Below are positions 26,349-38,978 of a stretch of 64,000 nt of DNA, one piece after another. Every line of letters begins with the position of its first letter. Position 1 is the stretch's first letter. The position numbers and the translations under genes are program-made. The stretch comes from Eremomyces bilateralis CBS 781.70 (Eukaryota). The stretch lies in NCBI GenBank assembly GCA_010015585.1, contig ML975157.1, one strand, 5' to 3'. A model generated the notes under the pieces. The model was not told where the DNA came from, ran no database searches, and saw only the letters and a program-made list of their open reading frames with translations.

Positions 26349-29300
26349 TCATGCTTCGACGGGCCGCTGAAGCGGCGTGATACCGCGATCAATGCGATCC
26401 GCCCCGATCCCCGTCGTGCCGTCATCCTCACTCTCACTCTTTTCTGTGACGATATCATCTCCCTTCAATTGCTCACCGTTCGTCGACCCGGCCGCCTGTT
26501 TCAGCGAGGCTGCCGGGCTCTCCGCAGACCGAGAAGTCGATCCTTTCCTTGCTATTCTCCTTTCGCGGATTGTGCTAGGCGTCTTGAATCCATCCGACGA
26601 CGCCTTATCAGCGTCACCCACACTTCCTAATCGCCCTTTCGGGGTTCCTTGGAATGTATTTCGGGTGCTGGAGCTCGCGATGGAATCCGAGCGCCCCTTC
26701 TCCACCGAACCGCCTGTTTCATCGCCAGGGTCGGTTGAAGCAGATGCGCCTTGACCCGGTAGCGACGTGGTTGCCTGCTTCCGCGAGCGCAGCCGCTCTT
26801 CGGCGGACATGTTCGCCCATTCCGACCCGAATGTAATGACGCTTGCTTTCTTGCCATGCACGGTGAAACTCCCTGATGCTCGTGTAAGGCCTTCGGTCTC
26901 GCTAGCCGGTGCGTTGTCTGCAGCGGTGACGCTAGAAACGGAATCTTTCGCTTTGCGGTGTCTCTGGGATGACCTGATGTCGCGTGGCTCGCGGAGGGAC
27001 CGGTGGAGACTGCGTCGAACCTTAGACTTGGAGTCGGGACTCCCGGCGATGAAGGACAAGTCGACTTCTGACTCGCTCGCGGTGTCTTGGCGGCCATCGA
27101 AAGGCTGAGTCGGGTCGGATTCGCGCAGTTGCTCAGCTTCGTTGTCCCCAAGCGTTGGAGTGAGATAGGTGGATAATCGGGGTGATTCGGGGCCCATGTA
27201 GGACGAATCGCGATGCGCTGGGCTGCCTGAGCCACTGACAGCGGAGCTGCGACGATTTGCCTGAGTGGAAATGGTAAGAGGGCCGAGGGATCCACGATGG
27301 AATGCCGGACTGCGTTGTGGGGTGTTCTCGGGAGGGGTGCGGAAGTCGTCCTCTGCTTCTGCATCCGTGGACGAGATCATTGAAGATTGAGTCTCGGGCC
27401 GAGTAGACACCACAGGGGACTGCGGCTCCTCCGAGATATGCGCTCCGTTCACATCTGATTGAGCGCCGTTCAAAGGTGTAGGCAAAGACTTATTTGAAGA
27501 CCTGGAAATGACCGGGGTCAATGATGACAGATCCAAGGAGTGTTTGGCCGACCGTTCTAGCCTCGATGCGGCATCGCTGGTGATTGTCTTTTCCTCCTCA
27601 AGCGCGGCGACCAGAATATCTCGATGGCACTTCAAGCGCCACATTTCATAACGTGACCATTTAAGTTGCGCCGCAATCCGCCCAGCGCTGTGGACCAGCT
27701 GGTCCCTAGTCTTCGGCTGAATCGGAGCCAGGATCATCAGATGTCTTGCATCCCTCAAGTGGTCGTCGATTCGCTTGATTGCGTGGTTCAATTGATCTTC
27801 CGCCTCAGCGATCTTTTTCTGCATATCAGTTTGTCGCGCCTGGCTGATCTGCAATGCCAGATTGTGGTCGATCCTGCCGCTTGATATCGTCACCTCGCCG
27901 GTTGCTGTTTGCACAGACTGTGCGTTTGTACCCGAGTCGAGGCGTCGCAGAGCCCTCTGTCGCTGTCCTTCGTAGTGGCCACCCACCAATCCCTTTTGGC
28001 GGATTTTGGCCGTCCTGAACGCAGCGTGATGGTTTAGCTTCGCCATCCAGTCGTTTAGATCCACTTCGCTGTCGGCAAGGAAGACTTCTTCGGCAGAATT
28101 TTGATGCACGATAAGGAAAGCGTTCTTGTGTTTCCGGTAACTGGTGTCCAACAACGCAACACCTTGCTCAGTCGAAACCATATAGTCCGGTTTGAAGCTC
28201 TGTAGCCTGGGACGGAATGTCACCGAAGCTCCTGCATTTCCTTGCCTGATATGAGCGTCGTATTGGTGCATCAAGCCTTTCACCCATCCGACGTTCTTGA
28301 AGAAGCATAAGCCGGATCCGGTGAGGATGGCTCCCCATTCCTGCCAGGGGGAACGAGCCGTCTTCTTCTTCGGATCCTTCCGCCAGAGAATGCCGACTTT
28401 GTCGACAGGCAGATCCACGACACCGACTTGGGCGTCTTCGGGATTATCGATGGTAGATGGCGACATGAACGCATCAGGCCGAGATCTTAACGATTCAATC
28501 TGAATAACTCCGGTCTTGGAGCTTTTCAGTAGCTTTTTCACGTCGAAGTTCTGTGTGTATGCGAAAGGGTCATCCAAGCCCAGGACTTCCTTAATCGCAG
28601 GTCGAATCGTGTCGAGGCGGGTTTCGAGAATGAGGGTATAAGGATCGATAGGCTGGTTTGTTGTCCTCTTTATTGGTTCCGCGATAACACTCTTGGCGAC
28701 GTTTTTCTTCTTCTTCGAGTGGAGTTGTTTGATATCTTCGTCGTCTTCGACTCGAATGAACGGTGTATAGACGATATTGTCATAGAAACATCCAAGTACA
28801 TCATTCGACACTCCTTCTATCGATGAGTTCTTCAAGTAGTCCACACGAGACATCTTCCGTTTGTTATTTCTGTTGAAAGCATCGGTCTGAAGGATCAGGA
28901 TCGAGAAGGATATGAAGTATGCCTTTTCTACTCTGCATTAGTAACGTTCCCCATCCTAAAGCACCAAGGAGAAACTTACCAGCTGAAACAAATATCCCCG
29001 GGTTGCACTCATGGTAACGATCAGAAAACCCCTGCAACATTCGATCGATCTGTTGCGTTTCTTTTGGAAGATCAACCTGCATCAACAGCTTACGAACCGA
29101 CATATCCAAAGGCTCGCCAAAGAAAGCAAACTTCCGCATGAAACTCCGCATCACGGCAAGCGAGAAGTCGTCGCTTTTCTTCGAAATGATACTCGCGATA
29201 TCTCGGAAGTCAATAACTTTCTCGACTCGCTCCAGGTATTTGACAGCGGACTCTCCCTCCTCCCTGTCCGGCAAGGGAAGGGTTTCACGACTGATACTGA

Positions 29301-30767
29301 ACGAATTCCCATGTGATGCGAATCCGGTACTCGTCTCGCTTCGGTGCATCAAGGATCCATGAGCAGGGGATTGCGGTTCGGAACCTTGGCGGAACCGCTG
29401 GCTTAAGCCGAAAAGGTTGCTAAAGCTGTTCCTACCAGCAGTGGACGTGGACGTTCGTCCGCTGCCGGCATTGCCTCCGCCATGTGGGAATAGCGGGGTC
29501 GGAGGGGTGCCATCCTCTGACGCAGCCCGAGTCGATCCCATGGTGGACGAGCGCTGGCGGAGTCGGTGGAAATGCGGAGGAATCAGGGTCGGGGAGGATC
29601 GTGCGGATTGTATGGAATCGTTACGCAGAAAGGCGCCCGGGGCGGCGTAGATCACAGAAGTTGCAGCGAGGGTTGCTGGCGAGGAGGGGAAATTTGCGGC
29701 TCCATGGTCGCCATGCACAGCAGGAGGGGATTTAGTAGGGTCGCAATGGTCGGCTTGAGCAGAGTCGGAGTATCCATTAGAGGACATGTAACTCCTGGCG
29801 CTCGTCGAAGGCCGAGGGCTTGCGACAGCTGTGTTGGATAAGTCTTTGTCGTCAGGTGGCGGCTCGATCGTGACAGGGACGGGCTGCACCCTTGTCCGAC
29901 TTCTACTTCGGCGAGGCAAGAAGACTTTGGACATTCGGTTGCCTGCAAACTTCGAGGAGCGACCGCGATTTAGCACCTTCTTTGATCCCGCCTGTTTGTC
30001 ACCGGTCCCATCGTCGGCCGGTGCAGGCGTCGGAGGTGCCAGATGGACGGGGTCTATTTCGCTGCCCTCCGCGACTGACGAACCATCTCCGCCGTTCTCA
30101 ATGTGATTGGATTCTATAATGGGCCCCGCACCTTTGGAACCTCGCATACTGCCAAAGAATCGTCTCCGCGACCTGTCGTCCATAGATTTCCTGCCTTCTT
30201 CCCGATCTAATTGTGGTGCGAATAAGTTGGGCTTCGATTTGGGGGACAATCGAAGTTTTTGCTTCTTCGCTGGCGGTGGAGGGATCGGGGGGCTTGGAGA
30301 CGGCGCAGTCATGACAATCGAAGGAGTATCCGCATTCACATCTGCTTCAATTAGCTGAAGCACAGGTCGCGATATGCTCGGGACTACCCACCGGTTGGAA
30401 TGGTTGGAACAGGAGGGACGGCCTGTTTCCCTATCTCGGCGCGCTGGTGTTCTCTAGCCCTCATTGACAACTGGCTGTCGGACGCATTTCGGAATCGAAG
30501 TATACTGAACCTTCGTGTATTCGCTGTGGGTTCTTGAATGGGAGGCGAAGGAGGTGGTTCCACAAAGGCGGACATCCTTTTAAAGGCGTTGATTGACTGC
30601 TCGGGGCGGGCATCGTGGGATGAAGCCCTCGAACGGAAGTCGGGTGCGTCGAGGGAAGTCGCCGATCGAGCATTACGGGTATTCTGGAAGAGCTCCGAGG
30701 GGTCCAGTGTGCTTCGCCGTCCCAGATCCGGACGACTGCGGTTGGACTTGAGGCCTTTGAGAGGCAT
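26349..30767 (-). CDS. Sec7-domain plus PH-domain Arf guanine nucleotide exchange factor (Syt1/Sec73-like), 3 exons
   Basis: F.GEPLDMSVRKLLMQVDLPKETQQIDR (Glu finger present), ILQTDAFN.NNKRKMS, FYDNIVYTPF, and PH domain (VGILWRKD...WQEWGAILTGS...WMAKLN). Confidence 0.9.
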
Positions 30768-31612
30768 TGCGACGATGTGAGTATGGCGGGACCATCTACA
30801 CACTGATGGCCTGGGACGCACGACTCTAGCTCATGGGCATGGCGAGAGGATATATGATGCGAAATAGGAAAGACAGGAGGGATTTGGTGAGATTTGAGTG
30901 ATTTGACAGCTCAAGGCGGATCTCACAATGCGGTCTGGAGCAGTCGTAAGTCGTTCGTAAATCGTAAGGCTAGTTTGGATTCCTCCACTGTATTACTTGG
31001 TCGGCGCAGTAAGTCCTACTAATACCTAAAGACCCAGTAGAATAGAGTAGTGTGTGCAGAGCAGTCAATGCGCTGACGTGTAAGACGGAAGAAATGGTGA
31101 AAGCGCAACGGCTGTCGCGAGCTCCGTCTAAGTGAGTGACTTCCTGCACTGCACAGGATAATAACCAGGAGGTAATGATCAAAATAGCAACGTATATTAT
31201 TTACTCGGAGCTGGAGCAATTTTGCAGCCACGTCTTATCTGAAAGGAATGGTAAGCTCCAATGTCACTTGCGGTCTGGAGTCCGGACAGAATTTGGGGCT
31301 GGTCGTTGGTTGGAGTCGTATTATGACTCCCCATACGACTAGCTCCTACCTTTTAAGACAATTGATAATCAAAATATTTGGAGTCATTACCAAAGTAGTA
31401 CAAAGTTACAAACGCCTGGGTCTCGTATCAATTGATCCATCTGGACTAGTTGTTATTTATTAATATCGTGGACCGTAATGATATCAATGACCATCTAGAT
31501 ATTATCGCCTGCATAGCCACAACGCATCCTATTGCCCTCAATTCTATGAGGATCTGAATCCGATTCACTTCCGCTCTCTCTTCTCCACCATCATGCTAAC
31601 GTCGCCGTTATC

Positions 31613-33420
31613 ATGCTAACAGCCCGCTTCGCCCTTATCCTGCATGTGCTGTTATCTTCGGGGACTCTCGCGGCCGCCGGCGGGTGGGGATTCTTCCCGT
31701 CGTCGAGCAATGCCGGCTGCAGCGACCAGCCAGCATGGCGGTCCGTCTCTGATAGCATAATTTCCGCCATCTGGGGATATCCCAAAGACCCGACGCAGAC
31801 GGCCGGGAAGGACTTCGCGCGATCGAAAGGAGACGATGTGGCCTCGAAATTCCTCGCGCGCTACGGACAGGACATGGTCCTGCGGTTTAATGTCACCACC
31901 GCAGAGGAGGCTGTCGCGCTCGCGGAAGCTTCGAATGTCCTTTTTCTGGACGTCTGGGCATTTACGGAGGATTGGGTAGATATTCGAATAGCAAAGGATG
32001 TTGTAAGTTTATACTAACCGTCTCCTGGGGCTGTTGCCTGATACATTATGGGACTGTGAGCTAATCCTCTCCTCAGGTTCCTTCACTCCTTGGACTTCTC
32101 CCCAAGTCATTACAACATGCACATAGCCCTCTCATGTTCGACCTTGGTCTGGCCCGCGCCATCTCCAATTCCTACCCATTCCCTTCCGCCCGCGACCCGA
32201 CCCCCCCTCAACATGACACCCACCCCTCCACCAACACATTCCGCCTCTCCCTCGAACAGCGGGGCCCGCAAGAATCGAACATCTTCTTCAGCGACTACCA
32301 GCCACTGTCGGTCATCCATCCCTGGATGAGGCTCCTTGCATCATTGTTTCCTACGCACGTCCGGCTTGTCAGCATCGGCACATCATATGAAGGCCGGGAC
32401 ATCCTGGCGATGCGTGTGGGGGTTCATCCAACGAATAACGAGAAGGCCGCGGGTCCCAGGAAGACAATAATTATCTCCGGCGGTACACACGCGCGAGAGT
32501 GGATCGGCACGAGCACGGTCAACTACCTTGCGTACTCCCTCGTGACGTCGTACGGCAAATCAAGCGTGTGGAATTCACTGCTGGAGGCCTTCGATTGGGT
32601 GTTTATTCCAACGTTGAACCCTGATGGATATGTCTATACCTGGGAGAACGATCGACTGTGGCGGAAGAACCGTCAGCCAACCTCACTACGGTTTTGTAAA
32701 GGCATCGACCTTGACAGGAGCTGGTCCTTCCAATGGGGCGGCGATGCACCACAGATGAATCCATGCTCGGAGAGTTATGGAGGCGAAGAGCCCTTCGACG
32801 CCGTTGAAGCTCAAGCGTTTCGCGACTGGGCCAAGAACGAGACGGAGAACAGCGGCGTGGAGTTTGTGGGCATCATCGACCTGCACTCATACTCCCAGGA
32901 AGTTCTTTACCCCTATTCATACACCTGCGCAACCCCTCCGCCGACCCTGGAGAACCTCCAAGAGCTAGCGCTGGGCCTCGCCAAGGCAATAAGATTGGCC
33001 AAGGACGGGCAGGCTTACACTGTCCGAGCAGCTTGTGAAGGGAATGTCAATGCGGGTGGGATACTTCCGCGGATTGAGTCGGGCGGAGGCAGCGCGTTGG
33101 ATTGGTTTTACCATGAGCTTGGCGTCCGGTACGCGTACCAGATCCGGCTTCGGGATACGGGGAGTTATGGGTTTTTGCTTCCGAAGGAGAACATTGTGCC
33201 GACGGGCCGGGAAATGCTCGATGCGATGGAATTCTTTGGTCGGTACATGCTTAGGATAGCAGGAGTGGCCTCCGATACGGATTCGACATTCAGAGAGACG
33301 TCCCCTTCGTCGCAAATGGGAGGATCGGCAGAGAAGCCTTTGGAGGAGAAGCCTTCAGAGGAGAAGCCTTTAGCGGAGTATCGGATGGGATGGGAGCTGC
33401 GCAGGCGGAGACGGCGTTAA
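31613..33420 (+). CDS. ECM14: Ecm14-type (probably inactive) M14 metallocarboxypeptidase, 2 exons
   Basis: Signal peptide, propeptide, [34 protein letters not shown]. The catalytic-Glu position reads YQIRLRDTG, so the Glu is replaced. Confidence 0.92.
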
Positions 33421-34159
33421 CAAACGCCCCAATTGGGTAACGTGATTACAGCGTAACAACGGTAACGGGAAGTGAATTATGTGCGGGTAGATTGACCATG
33501 GATGGACAGACTGGACAGTCACAGGGACCAGTCCCCTTTAATACTAATGAGAGGAATGAATTTCTGGAGGAGAATATTCCGCGAGTATCATAGACATTTG
33601 AGGCTGAAAATCATTCGACTTTCGATATCAACTGGATGAATATTCCGATGCTCCCGTATTTCTCCGTTTCTCAACTTCTGGTATTCTGTACATCTTTATG
33701 CGATGTTGAAGTTGACATGGATTGTATACAGGCATCCGCCAGGCACCAACGCATTAGAACCAATCAAAGCCCGCAACTGCCTGTTAGTGGGTTTATCCCC
33801 AGTCTCTGGTTGGTCAGTCCATGCAACACCGCTTCCAGAAGTGATAAAGCATCATTTCAACAACAGCGGAATTCCGTATGGGTTTCACGTATCGTGATGG
33901 AATAGTATGATGCTGCCAATTCATTTCACATTCACTTCATGTTCACGCTGTTCTTAATGTTCCTTTTTCACTTTAGATTCGGTTTGAATTCTGAACACTC
34001 GCTTATCACTTCTCGCTCGCTCTTCTCCTACTTTCCCTTTCTTTCCCTCCTCTAGAACACTAGCTCGACCATCTCTCCCTCCACCGTCTTTCCTCATATA
34101 ATCTCGCACAATCAAATGCCTCAGCTCGTGGAGCATTCTCATCATACCACAAAGCGGCA

Positions 34160-36220
34160 ATGACGCAAACCAATTCGCCTCTCAAAGGGTGCATCATCGC
34201 TATAACTGGTCATACGGGCAGTCGCACCCATGCTCAAATCGCCGCGGAGATCACCAAGGAAGCCGGCGGCAAGTTTACGTCGTCCATCACTCGTCGAAAT
34301 ACTCACCTGGTCACGACCAAGTGCGAGTTTGACAGAAGGACCTCGAAGGTCAGGCAAGCTATTCAGCTTAAAATCCCTCTGGTCGACCTTGACTGGCTGG
34401 ATGATAGTATTCAAGCTGGACGACAGGTGGACCATCAAAGGTACCTGTACAGCGTCACGGAATCAACGGCATTCTCCCCCAAGCCAAGCGATTCCTTCAC
34501 TTCTGCTCTCGGTCTGAAAAGGTCGGCTAGCTCTTTTTCTGAGTCTCCCGAAGAAAAAAGATTCAAACCCTTCAACGACGATGGTGACAATATCGACGAG
34601 AATATCACTGATGAGCAGACTGCTGGATCCCATGATCAAATAATTCCACTGGATGACGGGTGTCCTTTCGTTGGGTATGTCGTTTATATCAACGACAGCA
34701 AGACTGTCTTCGATGCGACCCTGAACCTCACCCGTAGCGATTTGAACTGCAACAAATTCTACCGCATGCAGGTGGTGTGGAAGGAGGACGATTTCAGGGT
34801 GTGTTTTCGATGGGGTCGGCAGGGTGAAACCGGGCAGACTCAAGCCGCCGGAAATGGAAGTCGTGCAGACGCTATTCAACGCTTCCAGACCAAATTCAGA
34901 GAGAAGACTGGCCTCCGATGGAATGAACGCCACGAGTCGTCGATCAACAACAAGTACGTGTTCTGTCAGATGGAATACAAGTCCTCAACCAAGGAAGCGG
35001 ATGACGATGAAAGGGATGTCGACAGGAAGAGCCTGAGTCCCATGTCGCCCCAAAAAGTTGAAAGAGCTTTGGAGATCAAACTCGAGAAGCACACGGACGT
35101 CGTTCTGAAGCTGATTTTCAACGCTGAGATACTCGCCACGGTGGTGAAAGATCTCCAGTACGATTCTAAGGCGTTGCCCCTGGACAACCTGAGCAAAAAA
35201 ATCATGCTCCAGGGATACGAGCAGCTGAGAGGTCTGAATGAACTGATCCAAAAGCGACAAGATGATCCCAAGTTCGCCAAGAACATATATGGAACGACGT
35301 TCAATGAGGCGGTCAAGATGCTCACCGACCGATATTTCACCCTCATCCCTCACAGTTTCGGGCGCAGCAAACCCCCAGTCATCAGTACCATGGTCCAATT
35401 GAAGGGCGAAGTGAGGCTCATGGAGAGTCTCGAAGGCATGGCCGACACCGTAAGGATAATGGCTAGCGGAGACGAGGACGACAGGAGCGTGGGACGGATG
35501 CAACAGTTGTACAACGAACTGAATCTGGAGGAAATGTCACTTGTCCCCGAGGATGATGATCCCGAGTCAGAATATGACGCACTTCGACAGTACCTCGTGG
35601 CTACCTCGGATAGCGTTCATCGTGTCTCTTTCAACATCGAATCAATCTTCCGCGTCTCCCGTATCGGCGAAAAAGAACGGTTTGGTAAGTTCTGCAAAAC
35701 GATGAAGACCTCCGATCGACGTCTCCTTTGGCATGGCTCCCGCTGCACCAACTTTGCTGGAATTCTTCGCCAAGGCCTTCGAATCGCACCGCCTGAAGCT
35801 CCAGTCAACGGATACATGTTTGGAAAGGGGGTGTACTTGGCCGACATGTCTTCGAAGTCGGGAAATTACTGCCATGCCCAACTCGCGCGGGGCAACATGC
35901 TGTTGCTCCTTTGCGAAGTGGAACTCGGCAAGATGAGAGAGCGTACCGTTCATGATTACGATGCCGCTGAGGTCGCAAAATCGAACAGATGCCAGTCGAC
36001 CTGGGGCCAAGGCAGGAAAGGCCCAAGCAAATGGAAAGACGCCGGGGGCGTGTGGGACGAGCTCAAAGGAGTCAAGATGCCTGATACATCGGAACCGCCT
36101 GGGGACACGGATGTTCCGAAATCGGATCTCCACTTCAATGAGTACGTCTGCTATGATGCTGCGCAGGTCCGGGTACGGTACCTCCTGCATGTGAAGGAGA
36201 CCCGTCGAGGTTATTATTGA
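34160..36220 (+). CDS. Poly(ADP-ribose) polymerase (BRCT-WGR-regulatory-catalytic), single exon
   Basis: N-terminal BRCT (THLVT...DWLDDS), WGR (NKFYRMQ...RWGR...F..KF.EKTG..W), regulatory domain (YFTLIPHSFG), catalytic LLWHGS, GYMFGKGVYLAD, FNEY. The H-Y-E triad is intact. Confidence 0.96.
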   Translation: MTQTNSPLKGCIIAITGHTGSRTHAQIAAEITKEAGGKFTSSITRRNTHLVTTKCEFDRRTSKVRQAIQLKIPLVDLDWLDDSIQAGRQVDHQRYLYSVTESTAFSPKPSDSFTSALGLKRSASSFSESPEEKRFKPFNDDGDNIDENITDEQTAGSHDQIIPLDDGCPFVGYVVYINDSKTVFDATLNLTRSDLNCNKFYRMQVVWKEDDFRVCFRWGRQGETGQTQAAGNGSRADAIQRFQTKFREKTGLRWNERHESSINNKYVFCQMEYKSSTKEADDDERDVDRKSLSPMSPQKVERALEIKLEKHTDVVLKLIFNAEILATVVKDLQYDSKALPLDNLSKKIMLQGYEQLRGLNELIQKRQDDPKFAKNIYGTTFNEAVKMLTDRYFTLIPHSFGRSKPPVISTMVQLKGEVRLMESLEGMADTVRIMASGDEDDRSVGRMQQLYNELNLEEMSLVPEDDDPESEYDALRQYLVATSDSVHRVSFNIESIFRVSRIGEKERFGKFCKTMKTSDRRLLWHGSRCTNFAGILRQGLRIAPPEAPVNGYMFGKGVYLADMSSKSGNYCHAQLARGNMLLLLCEVELGKMRERTVHDYDAAEVAKSNRCQSTWGQGRKGPSKWKDAGGVWDELKGVKMPDTSEPPGDTDVPKSDLHFNEYVCYDAAQVRVRYLLHVKETRRGYY

Positions 36221-38978
36221 TCCACCATTCCAATGGATCTCTTACGCCGTCGGACAGGTCCCTTACTTCACGCTCTTCGCTCCCCTTTGATTCGACTTCA
36301 ACATATCGAGCCCGGGCTTTACTCACACCCACGACTCATTCCACACGCTCCATTCAAGTTCCTATCTCTTTCTCCTGGACCGGATTTCTCGCATCACAAC
36401 ATATTTTAGGAACACCGTCGGCGTGTAGATACCACGACTGATGGGTGGATTTTTCCCTCTCCTCTTTCTTCTCCGGGATGCGTGTCCATATCCGGAGGCC
36501 AACGGAATGGGGACTCTGGGACATGAAGGGGACGTTAGGAAACACAACCACATCGGCGTTCTCACCGCCTTCATCGATCCGGGATCGATGAAACCCCTTC
36601 TTTTCTTTTCAACGCATCAGGTAGATGTGTGGCATCACATCCGCCCCTTAGCACGGAGAATTTCAATGGACTTTCCCAGTCCGTCGATTAGTAGTGCGAC
36701 CATCCACTCGGATGAAAAGCGCTTCGCCCTTTCTACCTTCGGCGAAAACATGAAGACGATGGAGGACGGAAGAGAACGATGTTCATGAACACCAATGGGG
36801 GATGATGGATCATGAAACACCCCAAGTGGCTCGTCAATATCGAGCACCAAGCATGTAGAGTATTGTAAATATACCTAAGCCTCACTAGCCATGAAGCAAT
36901 AACCATGACAAAAATTGCAAGCTGCCCAAGCTGTCGCGGTCTCATGTTACTCCAAGATAACACCGGTGGTTGGCAGATCCCCTCACTCACGTATTGGCAT
37001 GGCTGTTCTCCGGAAACTCTCTCGTAGTTTAGCAGCATTGATATGTTTGGAAAAGTCGGGACTAATAGCGGAAGAATGTGATGTCGTACAATTGAATTTT
37101 CCTCGCCCCTTTTCCAGCTCCCCTGTCCAGTCCTCAGCTCCTAGCCTCACTCCTTGGCCCTTATTACAATGGATTTGAGACCCTGTTTTTACTACCGGTA
37201 CATATCCCGTCCCGTACCCCGGACTTCATGTCCCGACCTTTTGGCTAACTCAAATATCCAGAATTCCAGATTCCATGAACTTGCACCCCAATATCATGAT
37301 ATTGATTTGGGATAGTGGCTTGCGCCTTGCACCAATCTGCGGTGAGAACTCTACCCTTAGATCGCTCTGCTGGTCGCCGATCCGATCCAGGATTTTCTCA
37401 GCTTCATCCTCGAAATCGAGATGCCAGTGTCATGATCCGCACCACAGGCCATACCACGCCGATCCGAGCCTTGTTGATCGTCGACGCAAGTCATATTCCC
37501 ATACGGAGTAATGGATAGATGAATGGATCCACCGGGGCCAGCACGGCATCGTGGGCGGATGCAGGAAGTCGCGTCAAACGACAACAGCTTGACAAGCCGC
37601 ATGTTCCCTTTGGGGGGACCCGACTGTTGGTCGACCGTCGAGAAGAATCAACATCTGGCCGAAAAGGGGTGTCGGATCATAGAACGCTATGGACTGGCTA
37701 ATCTGTTGCTGAGATTGATGAACCATGGATATGTCAATGTTCACCCCAAGCAATCCCAAGTTTCTCGAGGACCAACTGGTACCTATTTTCAATTGTCTTG
37801 TTCAACTCTTCAAGTCAATGCCTCTCCTTTAGCTCTCTACAATGTACGGACCTCAAGGATGTGGCTTGGAGCCCTGCGTCTAATGTGTGATCCGGCCTGG
37901 TTCGACGCCTTCCAGGACTCCACGTCTTCCTGGAGAAGTATTCAAAAGAACCTCATATCTCTTTGCCTATGGGAACCAAAAGGACAATGAAGGGCATGTA
38001 GATCTACATACTATGGCCAACACGGTTGTCGTCTCCTGTGCCCCCGCAAGAAGGTTTGTGTCCAGTTTGGGAAGTGCAAAGGATATTTGGACAAGTGAAA
38101 GGATTGATTCCACTTGCAACCTGATAGCCAGTCCTTTACCTTACCCTGGGAGGCTCTAGGGGTTCAACTTTCAATAGCCATAGTAGCCCTTCAACCATGC
38201 TGTGGCATATCCTCCTAGAGGCGCTTGTCGATCGAAGCCCATATTCACTGATGCAGATGTTGAACTTCAGCCCTTGTTCTCCAATGCGGTAGCACTGGTC
38301 TCTCAGAACCCAGGCCAAAATGCGGGGGTTCTTCGTTATTTGCACAATGTCTCAGTGGCACTGGTGTTGATATACCCATGTGATGATGAAAAGAAACCAT
38401 TGTTGATAAGTCTATAGGCTTGTTGATCGGGTCTGAGTCCAACAAGTCTCGTTTCTTTCTGTTCCAAGTCCACTGGCTCGCATGACACCAGCCGATTTAT
38501 CTCATTGTCAGGCCTCTGCCACTTCTGAAAATCGTCAAACATGAAAATGATGCTAGCCCTAGCCGATTCCAGGTAATACGGGTTGCTTGTTCTTGATTCT
38601 ATGCTCAAATATTTCCACTACCATTATTCCGTTGCGTTTTTCCCCGAATGGAGCAATGCGTTTGTCGTTCACTGTCTGGCCCGATGCTTCCCTTTGATGC
38701 AAAGGCCACTTCTTTCGAGCCTCCGAAACTACGACGTTCACTTCCACCCTACCGGTATGCTTTGTTCATGAAGTTTCATCATCGGCTTACCTCTCTCACT
38801 CATTGAACATCCCCACTTCTTCTTCCACTTCACTTCCACTTCACTTCCATTTCCTCTCGTCGCCTCTCCCACACCTCACCGCCACGGCCAACTGTCCAAG
38901 GCATACAACACCGAGCCTTTGGGTTCTGTAGTACTAAAATTGTTGAGATTAAACTGGGTTCAAGAACTTTTAGACATC

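Noticed and set aside
38820..38855. CACTT/CACTTC low-complexity repeat (also CTTTGCA x3 near 5640 and TTATTGCC repeats near 54670)
   Set aside because: Ordinary short slippage repeats in UTR/promoter DNA with no spacer structure; not CRISPR-like or telomeric.
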